A stretch of DNA of 64,000 bases from Gemmatimonadota bacterium (GCA_034521595.1 JAXHMG010000003.1:384001-448000), one strand, 5' to 3'. Counted from the first letter of the stretch, positions 1 through 10,063 are shown. Program-made: numbers and translations. The notes: generated by a model from the sequence alone, not told the origin.

Positions 1-893
1 CCGAAGTACGTGCGCCAGTCGACCCAGGGTGTCGATCGCGCTGCGACCGCGGCCTCACCGCCACGACACCGCGCGGCCGGGACGCCGACTTTTCCCAGGA
101 AGCGTTCGCTCCGGTCATCGGCCACCTCCCGGAGCCCGCTGTCGACCAGATCGAAGCAGGCCTGGATGGAGGCGCCGTAGCTCGCGTACGCCGCGACGCC
201 GAGGACCGGGAGCGCGAGACCGAAGCCGAGGGCCAGCTTCCGGGCGAGCACGAACTCCATGGGGGATTCGGCATGGTCCGGCGCACCGGTCCAAAGGGCC
301 CAGCCCCATCCCACGAGGCCCAGGCTGAGGACCACGCCGCCCAGGACGGCGACGACCCACGGCACGGGCCCCACGGGCTCCGTGGGGAGGTTGGTGGCCA
401 CGACCCCCACCACGACGAGCAGGCTCCCCCAACGCGGCAGGACGCCGGCCCGAAAGGCGACGACGCCCATCCAGACGAAGCCCACGACCAGAAAGACGCG
501 TGCGGCGAGGATGGGGCCGAGCGCCAGCGGATGGGTGAACATCGCGCCTCCACTGGCCACGAAGGTCGGTGCTTCGAAGGCGATGGCCGGCCAGAGGAAG
601 GTGCTGCTCATTCCCGTGCCGACGAAAAGCGCCGTTCCCAGGAAGGCGAGGAGGAAGCCCACGAGGCCCGCGACTCCCGCGCGTTCGCGTTCCCTCAGGT
701 ACAGCCCCGGCAGGCCGACCAGGAGCAGCAGCGCCCCGACGAAGTGGAACGCGTGGGAGGCGAACCACTGCGGCGTGGTGGCCACGGCGCCGGTCCGTTC
801 CGCCCACGGGTGGATCAACATGTAGGCAGCGATCGCCAGTCCACCCAGCGCGACGGCTGCACCACTCCAACGGATCAACTTTCGCTCGGACAT
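1..893 (-). CDS. Multi-TM membrane protein fused to a soluble domain (possibly heme peroxidase/oxygenase family); truncated by the window edge
   Basis: Not in the ORF track. Manual translation from ATG at 893: MSERKLIRWSGAAVALGGLAIAAYMLIHPW... with about 7 hydrophobic segments, then ...IQACFDLVDSGLREVADDRSERFLGKVGVPAARCRGGEAAVAARSTPWVDWRTYFG. No stop before position 1. Confidence 0.7.
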   Translation of the reverse strand, partial: MSERKLIRWSGAAVALGGLAIAAYMLIHPWAERTGAVATTPQWFASHAFHFVGALLLLVGLPGLYLRERERAGVAGLVGFLLAFLGTALFVGTGMSSTFLWPAIAFEAPTFVASGGAMFTHPLALGPILAARVFLVVGFVWMGVVAFRAGVLPRWGSLLVVVGVVATNLPTEPVGPVPWVVAVLGGVVLSLGLVGWGWALWTGAPDHAESPMEFVLARKLALGFGLALPVLGVAAYASYGASIQACFDLVDSGLREVADDRSERFLGKVGVPAARCRGGEAAVAARSTPWVDWRTYF

Positions 894-1327
894 TTCGCAT
901 TCCGGGTGGTTCGGTCGGAACCGGGGTGGGGGGGTGACCCCGGCGACCGGAAGAGAACAAAGCATGTTGTACGAACATCGAGCCCGTGCGACTGACCAGG
1001 CTGCGCATGACGCCTCACCGGCTCAACCCCCAACATGGACCGCTCGCCCCGGACTGCGCAACGACCATGTGTCGACGGTCGCCGACGGCTCCGGCACCGA
1101 GCCTCTCGACACGCGAAGGCCCGTCCGACCTCGACGAGTCTTGCCATCGGAAGGCACCGCCGCGCAGCTCTTCGGCAGGTCGAATTGGCTTCCGCGACCT
1201 GTGCCGGCGGCCGTCGATCCGTGGCGACGTCGACGGTGGCGGCGTGCGGATGGGTGGGATCCGTTGGTGAGTCAGCTCGGCGAGATCGAGACGGAGGTCC
1301 GAAGCTGCGGAGGATGCCCGCGCCGGC

Positions 1328-1759
1328 TCACGTCAACTCCCGGATGCGGGCTCGAAGGTCCGGCGGGAGCGGTGCTTTCTCCGCGCGTCCATAGTCGTAT
1401 GCGACGATCACTCCTTCGCCGGTTGCCGCCACCGCGTCCTGGGTCCTGCTCACGATCAGGTACTCGTGCGTGAATCGGTCCTCTTGGATGTCCGCGGCAC
1501 GGACCCCGACCCGGACGGTATCGGGATACCCCAGTGGGCGTCGGAACCGGCAGCTCGTGGACGCGAGGATCGGGCCGACGCCGGCGTGCCCCCGGAAGTC
1601 GACGGCGTCGAAGAAGGCGATCCGCGCCACCTCGAAGAGGCGGAAGAACACGGTGTTGTTGACGTGCCCGAAGGCGTCCATGTCCCCCCACCGGATGGGC
1701 ACGTCGACCACGATCGGGTAGGCGTCGAGCTCGGCGCGGGGCGGGCTCGGTTCAATCAT
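1328..1759 (-). CDS. Acyl-CoA thioesterase (4HBT/YbgC-FadM hot-dog family)
   Basis: Motif IRWGDMDAFGHVNNTVFFRLFEVAR; C-terminal GVIVAYDY. Confidence 0.9.
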   Translation of the reverse strand: MIEPSPPRAELDAYPIVVDVPIRWGDMDAFGHVNNTVFFRLFEVARIAFFDAVDFRGHAGVGPILASTSCRFRRPLGYPDTVRVGVRAADIQEDRFTHEYLIVSRTQDAVAATGEGVIVAYDYGRAEKAPLPPDLRARIRELT

Positions 1760-1771
1760 GCGCCATCGAGC

Positions 1772-2767
1772 TCAGGCCTTCTCTCCGTACAGCCACGAGA
1801 AGGGCCGGGGCTCCCGCGCCTTGCCCTTCTTTCGCTCGTCGACCTTGCGGATCCGAGCGGGGAGCCCGCACAGGACATCCTGCATCCGTGCCGCTTCACC
1901 CGTCACCGATCGGTGCTCGATGGAAAGCTTCTCATTCAGCGTTTCGAGGATGTTCGCGTAGTCGCTGGCGGTATAAATCCCGAGGTCTTCGGCGAGGTCG
2001 GCGTAGATCTCGAAGAGCTCCGGCGGGGGCGTTTGGCCGTCGGTCATGAGGCGTGCCGGCATCACCAGGCCCGACCGCATGAGCTTGCCGTAGGTGACCA
2101 TGAGGCCCTCCGGGTCCTGCTCGAACGCGGCGTTGACCACGCCGAGGTAGAAGGTGCCGTGACGGTGCTCGTCGCCGGCGATGTTCCGGCACATCTGAGC
2201 AAGGTATTCGTCGCCCTGCTCCAAGGCGAGACGCGCGGTGTTGACGTGTGAGACCCGTGTCGCGGGCTCCTGGAACATCGGGTACAAGATTCCGCCGTAG
2301 AGCGTCGGTTGATACTCGACGCCGTTCTTGATGAACCCGTAGATCGTCCGGTCGACGGCCTGCATATTCACCCGGCCGGTCAGCATCAGGTACTGGTGGA
2401 GCACCGATCCGTGTTGGTCCTCCTCGGCGCTCCATCCGCGCTGCCAGACGGCCCATGGGCTATCGGAGACGCCGGTCCTGTCGGGGAAGAGCGTGGCGAA
2501 CATCGAAGAGAAGTTCGGAAGCCCCTCCTCCGTGATGATGTTGCCGGTCAGTCCGGCCAGGAGGCCCGGGTGGAGCGAGCGGGCCTGGGTTCGCAGCTCT
2601 TCGAGTCGATCATGGTAGTCTTCCCGCTCCATGAAGTCGAAGTAGTCGGCTGCCCACCAGCGCTTCGTGTCGTGGGTCGTGAGGTATTTGAGGTGGTCTT
2701 CTACCACTCCCTCGATGGATTCGAGGACTTCACGTTCGTGCGGATCGTATGCGTCGGCGTCGGCCAA
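1772..2767 (-). CDS. Soluble di-iron acyl-ACP desaturase (plant stearoyl-ACP desaturase/mycobacterial DesA family)
   Basis: ITEEGLP, WSAEEDQHG, FQEPATRVSH, IAGDEHRH di-iron motifs; TTG start. Confidence 0.9.
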   Translation of the reverse strand: MADADAYDPHEREVLESIEGVVEDHLKYLTTHDTKRWWAADYFDFMEREDYHDRLEELRTQARSLHPGLLAGLTGNIITEEGLPNFSSMFATLFPDRTGVSDSPWAVWQRGWSAEEDQHGSVLHQYLMLTGRVNMQAVDRTIYGFIKNGVEYQPTLYGGILYPMFQEPATRVSHVNTARLALEQGDEYLAQMCRNIAGDEHRHGTFYLGVVNAAFEQDPEGLMVTYGKLMRSGLVMPARLMTDGQTPPPELFEIYADLAEDLGIYTASDYANILETLNEKLSIEHRSVTGEAARMQDVLCGLPARIRKVDERKKGKAREPRPFSWLYGEKA

Positions 2768-2899
2768 TGGATCTTCCAGGGGGGGTGGCAGCCTCGCTCC
2801 CGAGGTGGCGAGGCATCACTGTACGTTAAGGTGCCCCGCCCCGCGGCGACAACCTCGTGGCCGACAACCCCCTACGAGGCACGGGTGCGTCCGGCGCCC

Positions 2900-3319
2900 T
2901 CAGCCGCCGGCGAGCTCGGGCTCGTCTCCGCGAACCCGTGACGGGTCGATCACGAGCCGCGGATAGGTTACGCGGGACGCCCACGAGGCGCGGTGTCCTC
3001 TCGGCGCCTCCTCCGCCTGGGCTCGGTCCCGCAGCTCGCGGGCGCTTCGACGAAGCGTCACCACATCGATTCCGAGATATTCCGGGGGATAGGGAGCCAG
3101 AGCCCGCTCGGCTTTTCTCAGCTGTGCCGCGATCCCGTGTGTGTTGTCCCGCTGAACGTGCACGAAGGCGCTCGCGAGCAGGATCAATCCATGATAAAAC
3201 CGGCTTCCGCTCGCTCGCCAGGAACTCTCGAGCACCTCGTGGCTCTCCCAGAACTCCTGGCGGTTGAATAGGTCGATGAAGCGGGTCAGGGCCGCAGGAA
3301 GATCCGCTTCGTCAGCCAT
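2900..3319 (-). CDS. DUF309 domain protein
   Basis: LFNRQEFWESHEVLESSW...YHGLILLASAFVH motif; ATG at 3319 after GGAGGA. Confidence 0.85.
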   Translation of the reverse strand: MADEADLPAALTRFIDLFNRQEFWESHEVLESSWRASGSRFYHGLILLASAFVHVQRDNTHGIAAQLRKAERALAPYPPEYLGIDVVTLRRSARELRDRAQAEEAPRGHRASWASRVTYPRLVIDPSRVRGDEPELAGG

Positions 3320-3342
3320 CGGACATCCTCCGCGCCGGCCGG

Positions 3343-3699
3343 TCAGACGACTCCGCGTATCAGCCACTCGCCGAGGCTTCCCAGCACCGACATCATCAGC
3401 GCGCCCCCCAGTGCCCAACCGAAGCTGTCGATCTTTAGGGCGTCGCTCAGCGCGTCGGTCATCTTCAGCAGAATGGCGTTGATGATCCAGCGCGTGAGGA
3501 ACGCCAGCAGGATCGCGATCCCCAAGGTTCCGATGGCGAAGATCGTGAAGAAGATCCAGCCCAGGAAAAAGTTCAGCACCCCGAAGATGGCCGCCACGAC
3601 GAACGCGCTGCCGAAGCTCTTGACGTGGAAACCGGGCAGAACGATTGCGGTGATCCAGACCGATACCGAGAGAATGACCCAGGTCAGCAGCAATCCCAT
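3343..3699 (-). CDS. Phage-holin-like 4-TM membrane protein (YvlD/DUF360 family)
   Basis: LPGFHVKSFGSAFVVAAIFGVLN...TLG...INAILL pattern. Confidence 0.85.
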   Translation of the reverse strand: MGLLLTWVILSVSVWITAIVLPGFHVKSFGSAFVVAAIFGVLNFFLGWIFFTIFAIGTLGIAILLAFLTRWIINAILLKMTDALSDALKIDSFGWALGGALMMSVLGSLGEWLIRGVV

Positions 3700-3755
3700 G
3701 GCGGTGGCTCCTTGAAGAGGTGGGGGACTTGTGGATATCCGGCCGGGACCCGCGC

Positions 3756-5594
3756 TCAGGTCAGGGTCTGCTGTTCGCTTTCACCCATGGACGCGATCAC
3801 CTCCTCCTCATCGACCTTTGCCGGCTCCTGCTGCTCGGGTGTCATGAGCGCGACCACGGTCTGACCGGGCGCAGGGGTGAGCGTCGAGTCCGCGCTGAAG
3901 ACGCCCGCGAGACGTTTGTTTTCAATGAGGAAGATCGGTACGGCTTTGGTGCCGTGCGTGTCACGATAGTCTCGGAACGTGAACTGGTTCGTGAGCTGTG
4001 TGTTGCGGAACTCGCCGCCCGAGAGCATCCGCTCGGACATGACGGTGAAGCTGAACGTGGGTGAGACGAGCGTGCGTGCTCGGGAGCGGGTGGCCACGAA
4101 GTCGCCCCCGCTCGTCGGAGCAAGCTGAAAGACCCGCGAGCGGTCTCGTGATTCCACGGCGCGGATGGCGGCGAGCGTGTTGAACTCGTCGTTGGGCGTC
4201 GCGATGAGGAGGATGCTTTCGCTTTGGTCGTCGGCGTCGTCATCGAGCACGCTCGCGCGCACGGCGTTCAATCCTTCCATGCGCGCTTTGGTCAGCTCGG
4301 AGTGGTTGGTGGCGACCAGCTTGACTTCGACTCCCGTGGCCGCCACCGACTTCGCGAGCTCTCGGGCGACGGGGTTCGCCCCCACGATCTCGAGCCCGCC
4401 GGAACGGTCGTCCACCACCCCCAGAAGCCGGCCCACGTGCTTGGCGGTCAGCGAATAGAGCGCCACCGTGCCGATGATCACGAAGAACGTCAGGGGCACC
4501 AGACGGCCGGCGTCGGCGACGCCCTGTTCCTGCAACGGAATGGCGAAGACGGAGGCCACGGCCGCGGCGACGATCCCGCGAGGGGCCACCCAGCTCACGA
4601 ACAACCGTTCCCGAAGCGACATGTCCGATCCCTTGGTCGAGATCAGCACCGTCAACGGTCGTGCGACGAGCACCAGGACCGTCAGGAAGAGCGCCTCACG
4701 CCAACCCACGGCGGCGATGTCCTCGAAGCTGAGCCGGGCCGCCAGCACGATGAACAACCCCGCGATCAGGAGGTCACGGAGGGTTTCCTTGAAGGCGATG
4801 ATGCGGTCGACTCCGACGAAGTTCTGGTTCGCCAGAGCGATGCCCATGAGCGTGACGGCCAGAAGGCCCGACTCGGGCCTGATCAGGTCGGAGACGCTGA
4901 AGGCCGTGACGATGAACGCCAACGTGACGGATGCCTGGAGACGATCGGGAATCAGGTAGTTTTTGAGCAGGAGGACGACGAGCCCTGCCGTAACCAATCC
5001 GACCACGAGCCCCGAGCTGAGGGTGGCGATCGCGGCGCCGAACCCGCCGCTGAGCGATGCGCCCTGAGCGATGATGATGTCGAACACGATCACGGCGAGT
5101 GTCGCCCCGATCGGGTCGATGAGGATCCCCTCCCAGTTGAGAACCGTTCGAACCTTACGGGTCGGCCGGACCGACCTGAGCAGAGGACCCACCACCGTCG
5201 GGCCGGTCACGACGAGGATCGCGCCGAGGAGCACCGCGATCTCGATCGAAAGGTCGAGGATGAGGATGCCCGCGACCGTGATCACACCCCAGGTGACCAG
5301 GAGGCCGCTCGTGATCAAACGGCGCACGACCGCGTGGTGCCCGGTGACCTCGGAGACGGACAGCGTCATCCCCCCTTCGAACAGCACCACCGCGACCGCG
5401 AGCGGCACCAACACGAAGAAGAGGTCGCCGAACATCGCATCCGGGCGCACCAAGCCGGTGACCGGCCCGGCGATGAAGCCGAAGATCAGCAGGAGGAGGA
5501 TCGACGGCATCCGCAGCTTGGCGGAGATCCATTGCGCCCCGATCCCGAACGCGAAGATCGCCGCGATGCCGATGAGGAGGTCTGGGTGGCTCAA
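3756..5594 (-). CDS. Na+/H+ antiporter, CPA1 (NhaP-like), with C-terminal RCK/TrkA-N-like domain
   Basis: LFEGG, TGPTVV, WEGILIDPIGA, APRGIVAAAVAS motifs; start uncertain (TTG 5594, ORF open to 5672). Confidence 0.9.
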   Translation of the reverse strand: MSHPDLLIGIAAIFAFGIGAQWISAKLRMPSILLLLIFGFIAGPVTGLVRPDAMFGDLFFVLVPLAVAVVLFEGGMTLSVSEVTGHHAVVRRLITSGLLVTWGVITVAGILILDLSIEIAVLLGAILVVTGPTVVGPLLRSVRPTRKVRTVLNWEGILIDPIGATLAVIVFDIIIAQGASLSGGFGAAIATLSSGLVVGLVTAGLVVLLLKNYLIPDRLQASVTLAFIVTAFSVSDLIRPESGLLAVTLMGIALANQNFVGVDRIIAFKETLRDLLIAGLFIVLAARLSFEDIAAVGWREALFLTVLVLVARPLTVLISTKGSDMSLRERLFVSWVAPRGIVAAAVASVFAIPLQEQGVADAGRLVPLTFFVIIGTVALYSLTAKHVGRLLGVVDDRSGGLEIVGANPVARELAKSVAATGVEVKLVATNHSELTKARMEGLNAVRASVLDDDADDQSESILLIATPNDEFNTLAAIRAVESRDRSRVFQLAPTSGGDFVATRSRARTLVSPTFSFTVMSERMLSGGEFRNTQLTNQFTFRDYRDTHGTKAVPIFLIENKRLAGVFSADSTLTPAPGQTVVALMTPEQQEPAKVDEEEVIASMGESEQQTLT

Positions 5595-5829
5595 CCGAAT
5601 CCGCCAGTGCCGGACAAGGGGAAGGATGGGGACTGTGAGTCCTAAGCTCTCGCGTTTCTCGTTGTAACGCAAAGCAGGGCGGAATGATCCCCGTCAGCGC
5701 GCACGAGGGGGGATCGTCTCCAGTCTTCGCGGGGCGGCTGGAAGTCACGGTGTTCGCCTCGTTATCATACGAATGGGCCGGTGTGGGCGTTCGGCTCTTC
5801 CGCTTCTCGATTCCGAGGTTGGTGGCACC

Positions 5830-6375
5830 ATGAGTAGACTCCTCTCCGTTCCGGCAGCGGTGCTCGTCACGGCTTTCACGGTCGTGGACGTGAGCGCGCA
5901 GCAGGATGGCCCGGAACCGCTCGACAGCATCCGCAACTTCCAGGTCGTCGACGACCGTCTCGCTTCGGCCGGTCAGATCGCCTACGACCAAGTTCCCCTC
6001 GTTCGGGAGCGCGGCTACGACGTCGTCATCAACCTGGCGGTGGCCGACGAGGAGCGGAACGGTCGGGAGGGCTTCCACGTGGCCAAGGAGGGTTTGACCT
6101 ACGTGCATATCCCCGTCGACTGGGAGGAGCCCCGGGTGGATGACGTCCGCGAGTTCTTCGACGTGATGGAGGCCAACCGGGACCGGAAGATCTTCGTGCA
6201 TTGCTTCGCGAACATGCGCGCCTCAGCCTTCGTTTACCTGTACCGGACGCTCGTGGAGGATGTCCCCGAGGCCGAGGCGCGGGCCACGTTGCATGCCGTC
6301 TGGGATCCGGCCGAGGAGGAACCGTGGGCGGATCTGATCGAGCGCGTGAAAGCGGAATACGCGACGGGCGGGTAG
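5830..6375 (+). CDS. Exported PTP-like/DUF442 putative sulfur transferase
   Basis: Signal peptide; ASAGQ, VVINLA, YVHIPV and HCFANMRAS (Cx5R) motifs. Confidence 0.8.
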   Translation: MSRLLSVPAAVLVTAFTVVDVSAQQDGPEPLDSIRNFQVVDDRLASAGQIAYDQVPLVRERGYDVVINLAVADEERNGREGFHVAKEGLTYVHIPVDWEEPRVDDVREFFDVMEANRDRKIFVHCFANMRASAFVYLYRTLVEDVPEAEARATLHAVWDPAEEEPWADLIERVKAEYATGG

Positions 6376-6447
6376 GCGAGCGGCCGATGCTCGGTTAGCG
6401 TCTGCGACGAGCGAGGTCCGAAAACCATCCGACGATCCCGAAAGTCC

Positions 6448-7068
6448 ATGGCCCATATCCCCTACGTTCCCTACGACGAAGCCGAAGGTCTGTTGGCCGA
6501 GCTCTACGAAGAGTACGGGGGGCGGAGCGGGCGCGTCGACAACATCATCCGCATTCATTCGCTGAATCCCCGCTCCATGCGGGATCACGTGCGGCTGTAT
6601 GCTCATCTGATGCGAGGTCGTTCTCCGCTGAGCCGTGTACAGCGGGAGATGCTTGCCGTGGTGGTCTCCGCCGAGAACGACTGCTTCTACTGAATCAACC
6701 ATCACGGGGCGGGCCTCCGTACGTTGCTGGGATCCGACGCGCTCCCCAAAGCGCTGGCGAAGGACTACCGAGCGGCTGAGCTCGGTCTCGAAGATCGCGC
6801 GATGGTCGAGTACGCGGTCAAGCTGACGCGGTCGCCGCACAGCGTGAACGAGAGCGACATCGAGCGCTTGCGCGAGGCGGGGTTCGACGACACCGGCATC
6901 CTCGACATCTGTCAGGTGGTCTCGTACTACAACTACGTGAACCGGATGGCCGAAGGGCTGGGCGTCGAGTTGGAGGAGGATTGGGACGCCGCGGACCTCA
7001 CGGTGACCCGCGCGGAGTTCGAAGATCGGGCGCGCCGGCGCCGGCGGGGAACCGTCGACGGCGGTTGA
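6448..7068 (+). CDS. AhpD/CMD-family peroxidase-related enzyme, predicted selenoprotein (CxxU; TGA at 6691-6693)
   Basis: ORFs 6448-6693 and 6724-7068 are in the same frame; read-through gives REMLAVVVSAENDCFY-U-INHHG; C-terminal YYNYVNRMAEGLG motif. Confidence 0.85.
6696..6726 (+). promoter_or_regulatory. Putative bacterial SECIS hairpin
   Basis: Upper stem ACGG-GG/CC-(T)-CCGT with a G-containing loop CGGG starting 16 nt after the UGA; lower stem CAAC/GTTG. Confidence 0.55.
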
Positions 7069-7075
7069 CGGTTCC
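7048..7075 (+). promoter_or_regulatory. GGAAC-N18-GTT ECF-type promoter (also a palindrome/hairpin) upstream of the TonB receptor
   Basis: GGAAC 7048-7052, GTT 7071-7073; embedded in the inverted repeat GGAACCGTCGAC-GGCG-GTTGACGGTTCC. Confidence 0.5.
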
Positions 7076-7154
7076 GGGGGGCGGTACGCGGGTCGGCCGT
7101 CACGACCGTGACGACCCGTGAGTCGATATCTGCTTTTCCGAAGAGCCACGCGCA

Positions 7155-10049
7155 ATGACCATAAACACGCTTTTCACTCGCCTCCGCATTCCTCGTCCGA
7201 TCGCACGGTGGGGGCGGGCCGTGACCACGGGTGGAGCCCTCGCGGTTTGGGTTCTGGCGGTGCCACCGAACGTGACCCCCGTGGCGGCCCAAGCGGGAGG
7301 ACAGGAGGCCGTGCTCCGCGGGACGGTACACGCCCAGGGCACCGGACCGCTCGAGGGCGTATCCGTGACCTGGGAGCCCGAGGGACGGACCACCTCGACC
7401 GGCACCGCCGGTCGCTTCGAGCTCAACGTTCCGGAGGGGCGGGCCGGAACGTTGACGTTCGAGCACCCGACGCACTTTTCCGAGGAACGATCGACCCCGG
7501 CGCTGGGCCCGGGGGAGGTCCGGAGCTACGCGGTCACCCTGTCGCCCGTCTATGCCGTGGACGCGCTCGAGGTCGTCGCGCCGCGGCAGCGCCCCCTGTT
7601 GAACACGGACGATGCCGAAACCGGCGGCGCCGTGGAGCCGTACGAGCTCCGCGCCCTCCCGACGGAGTCGCGGCAGCCGCTCAACCTGGCGTTCAACGTG
7701 CCGGGGGTTTCTCAGGCCACGGGCTTCTTCGGTGACGCGCCCCCGCTCACGATCCATGGCGAGAACGCGCTCTACACGCAGTACACGATGGACGGTCTCG
7801 ACAACAACGAAGGATTCCTCGGAGGGCCGCGAGTCCAGCTTCCCCTGTCCGGCCTCGAGCGCCTGACCGTTCATGCCGCCACGTATCGGCCGGCGTTCGG
7901 ACGGACCAGCAACGGGGTGGTCGATGCGGAAACCCGTGCGGGAGGAAGTGAGTGGTCGGGGGAGACCTTCGTGGTGAATCGGCCGGGCACACCGATCGAT
8001 GCCGACCCGAAGTTCACACCGGCCGGCGTGGACCCGGAGGGCTTCGAGCGGACGCAGGTGGGTGGAGCGTTCGGCGGCCCGCTAGTGGCTGACCGGACGT
8101 TCGTGTTCGGCGCGGTCGAGTATACCAACGAGCAAGAGGATCGGATCGGCTCGACGGCCCGCACGGACTTCCTGGGCACCGAGGAGCGCGAGACGTGGAA
8201 GGCCCTCGCACGCATCGATCACGGGTGGTCGCCGTCCCAGACGACGACGCTACGGTTCGCTTTCAGCGACGAGCGACGCAAGGGTCAGGGCGGAGGCGTG
8301 ATCGTGCCGGAGGCCGACATCACGACGCGGAGGATCGGGAGCCTCACCAACGTCACGCACCGGACCTCCCTACAAGGCGGTCAGGCGAGCAACGAGCTCT
8401 CCTTCCAGATCGGCACGTTCACCTGGGACTTCCCACCGACGGCGAGCGACCTCGAGACGCCGCGGGTCGAGATCCGGTCCCCGGACGGCGAGACTCAGGC
8501 AGTGGTCGGCTCGAGCAACTTCATCTTCGACGAGTCCGAGCTCCAGTTCCAGATCAAGGAGCTGTTCGAAGCCCGCCTGGGGGATCGACATACGCTGCGA
8601 GCCGGTGTCGACGTCGTGCGGTCCGACTTCGAGCTCCTCGGAGCGAACACCAATCCGGAAGGGGCCTACGTCGTGATCGACGAGGGGAACATCGAGCCCT
8701 CGGGGCGTTTCCTCTCGATCAGCGATGTTCCGGACGATGTGCGCGTGTTCAGCTACACGATCGACGCCAACCCGCAGCAGGTGAATCTGAGCCAGACGCT
8801 CTGGAGCGCGTTCGTCGAGGACCGTTGGCGGATCACACCCTCGCTCACGGTCCAGGCGGGCTTGCGTTGGGACTACGACGACATCACCTCACGGGGCCGG
8901 AGCGATCCCGATCTCGACAACATCCAACCCCGCGCTTCGTTCAACTGGTTCGCCACGCCCAACAGCGTGGTGCGCGGTGGTTGGGGGCTCTACACCGGGA
9001 AGTTTCCCTACAGCGTGTATTCCGATGCCGTGCAGTTCGGTGAAGAGGGGAATGCGGTCGTTACCTTCACGGAGGGCACGGCCTTCCCGCCGCCCGATTT
9101 CGGCGAGGGGCCTTCGGCCGCCGAGATCGAGGCTCTCGAAGACGACCTGCCCCCGCGGGAGGTACGGCGCATGTTCGCCAACGGGTTGGAGCAGCCCTAC
9201 GCCTCACAGGCTACCATCGGCTATCAGCGGCAGCTCGGGGACGTCTGGAGCGTGTCCGTGGACGGCGTCTGGGTCGAGACGCGCAACCTGCCGCGGTCGT
9301 GGGACCTGAACGCCATCGAGCGCACGCTGCAGCCGGGCGACACGATCGACCGGAGTCCGGAGTTCGGAGACCAGTTCCGGCCCATCGAGCCCGTCCCGGG
9401 CGGCTTTCGGAGATTGACGACCACCGATTCCGGAGGGGAGAGCCGCTATCTGGGGCTCCACACCACGGTCCGCCGGCTTCTCGCGGACGGATTCGCGGTG
9501 GAGGGGACGTGGGTCTGGTCCGAGGCGAAGAACGACACGGAGGACATCAACTTCCATGCGGTTCAGGGCAACGACTTCGAGTCGGAGTGGGCGCCGGCGG
9601 TCAACGACCGGACCCATCAGGTCACGGCGCGCGGGGTCTGGGCGCCGCTCGAAGCGCTCGAGGTCGCCGGCGTGATCGACTGGCAGACGGGAACGCCCGT
9701 GAACCGGATCGCCTTCCAGCGGGACCTCGACGGCTCCGGGCCCATCTTCGGGAACGGCTTCGTCGGAAATCACGACCGCTTTCCCGGGGTCTCGCGTAAC
9801 ACCGGGCGGCTTCCCGACGCCTGGCAGATCAACGGGAGCGTCGCCTACGACATCGACGTGGGGCCGGGGGAGCTCGGCCTGCGGGCCGAGGCGTTCAACA
9901 TCTTGAACCGCACGAACTTCACGGGCTTCGTCAACGGTATTCCCGGAGGAGGCCCGAGAACCCAGAACGGCCGCCCGGGTGATCCGATGGAGTTCACGAC
10001 GGCCGCGCCGCCCCGACAGTTCCAGTTCTCGGCGCAGTGGGCTTTTTGA
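7155..10049 (+). CDS. TonB-dependent receptor with carboxypeptidase-regulatory-like N-domain (Oar-like)
   Basis: Signal peptide, YTMDGLDNN plug, GLRWDYD, AFNILN, C-terminal aromatic residue (QWAF). Confidence 0.9.
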   Translation: MTINTLFTRLRIPRPIARWGRAVTTGGALAVWVLAVPPNVTPVAAQAGGQEAVLRGTVHAQGTGPLEGVSVTWEPEGRTTSTGTAGRFELNVPEGRAGTLTFEHPTHFSEERSTPALGPGEVRSYAVTLSPVYAVDALEVVAPRQRPLLNTDDAETGGAVEPYELRALPTESRQPLNLAFNVPGVSQATGFFGDAPPLTIHGENALYTQYTMDGLDNNEGFLGGPRVQLPLSGLERLTVHAATYRPAFGRTSNGVVDAETRAGGSEWSGETFVVNRPGTPIDADPKFTPAGVDPEGFERTQVGGAFGGPLVADRTFVFGAVEYTNEQEDRIGSTARTDFLGTEERETWKALARIDHGWSPSQTTTLRFAFSDERRKGQGGGVIVPEADITTRRIGSLTNVTHRTSLQGGQASNELSFQIGTFTWDFPPTASDLETPRVEIRSPDGETQAVVGSSNFIFDESELQFQIKELFEARLGDRHTLRAGVDVVRSDFELLGANTNPEGAYVVIDEGNIEPSGRFLSISDVPDDVRVFSYTIDANPQQVNLSQTLWSAFVEDRWRITPSLTVQAGLRWDYDDITSRGRSDPDLDNIQPRASFNWFATPNSVVRGGWGLYTGKFPYSVYSDAVQFGEEGNAVVTFTEGTAFPPPDFGEGPSAAEIEALEDDLPPREVRRMFANGLEQPYASQATIGYQRQLGDVWSVSVDGVWVETRNLPRSWDLNAIERTLQPGDTIDRSPEFGDQFRPIEPVPGGFRRLTTTDSGGESRYLGLHTTVRRLLADGFAVEGTWVWSEAKNDTEDINFHAVQGNDFESEWAPAVNDRTHQVTARGVWAPLEALEVAGVIDWQTGTPVNRIAFQRDLDGSGPIFGNGFVGNHDRFPGVSRNTGRLPDAWQINGSVAYDIDVGPGELGLRAEAFNILNRTNFTGFVNGIPGGGPRTQNGRPGDPMEFTTAAPPRQFQFSAQWAF

Positions 10050-10063
10050 TCCGGCTTCCGGAG

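Noticed and set aside
115-1008. Listed 297-aa minus-strand ORF as the gene
   Set aside because: It is an Arg/Pro/Gly-rich off-frame translation; the coding frame is the unlisted one starting at 893.
894-1327. Small gene or ncRNA in the gap between the thioesterase and the membrane protein
   Set aside because: The overlapping ORFs look non-protein-like and I recognised no RNA motif.
3343-3699. Prophage lysis module
   Set aside because: Holin-like YvlD proteins are common chromosomal genes; no endolysin or phage genes are nearby.
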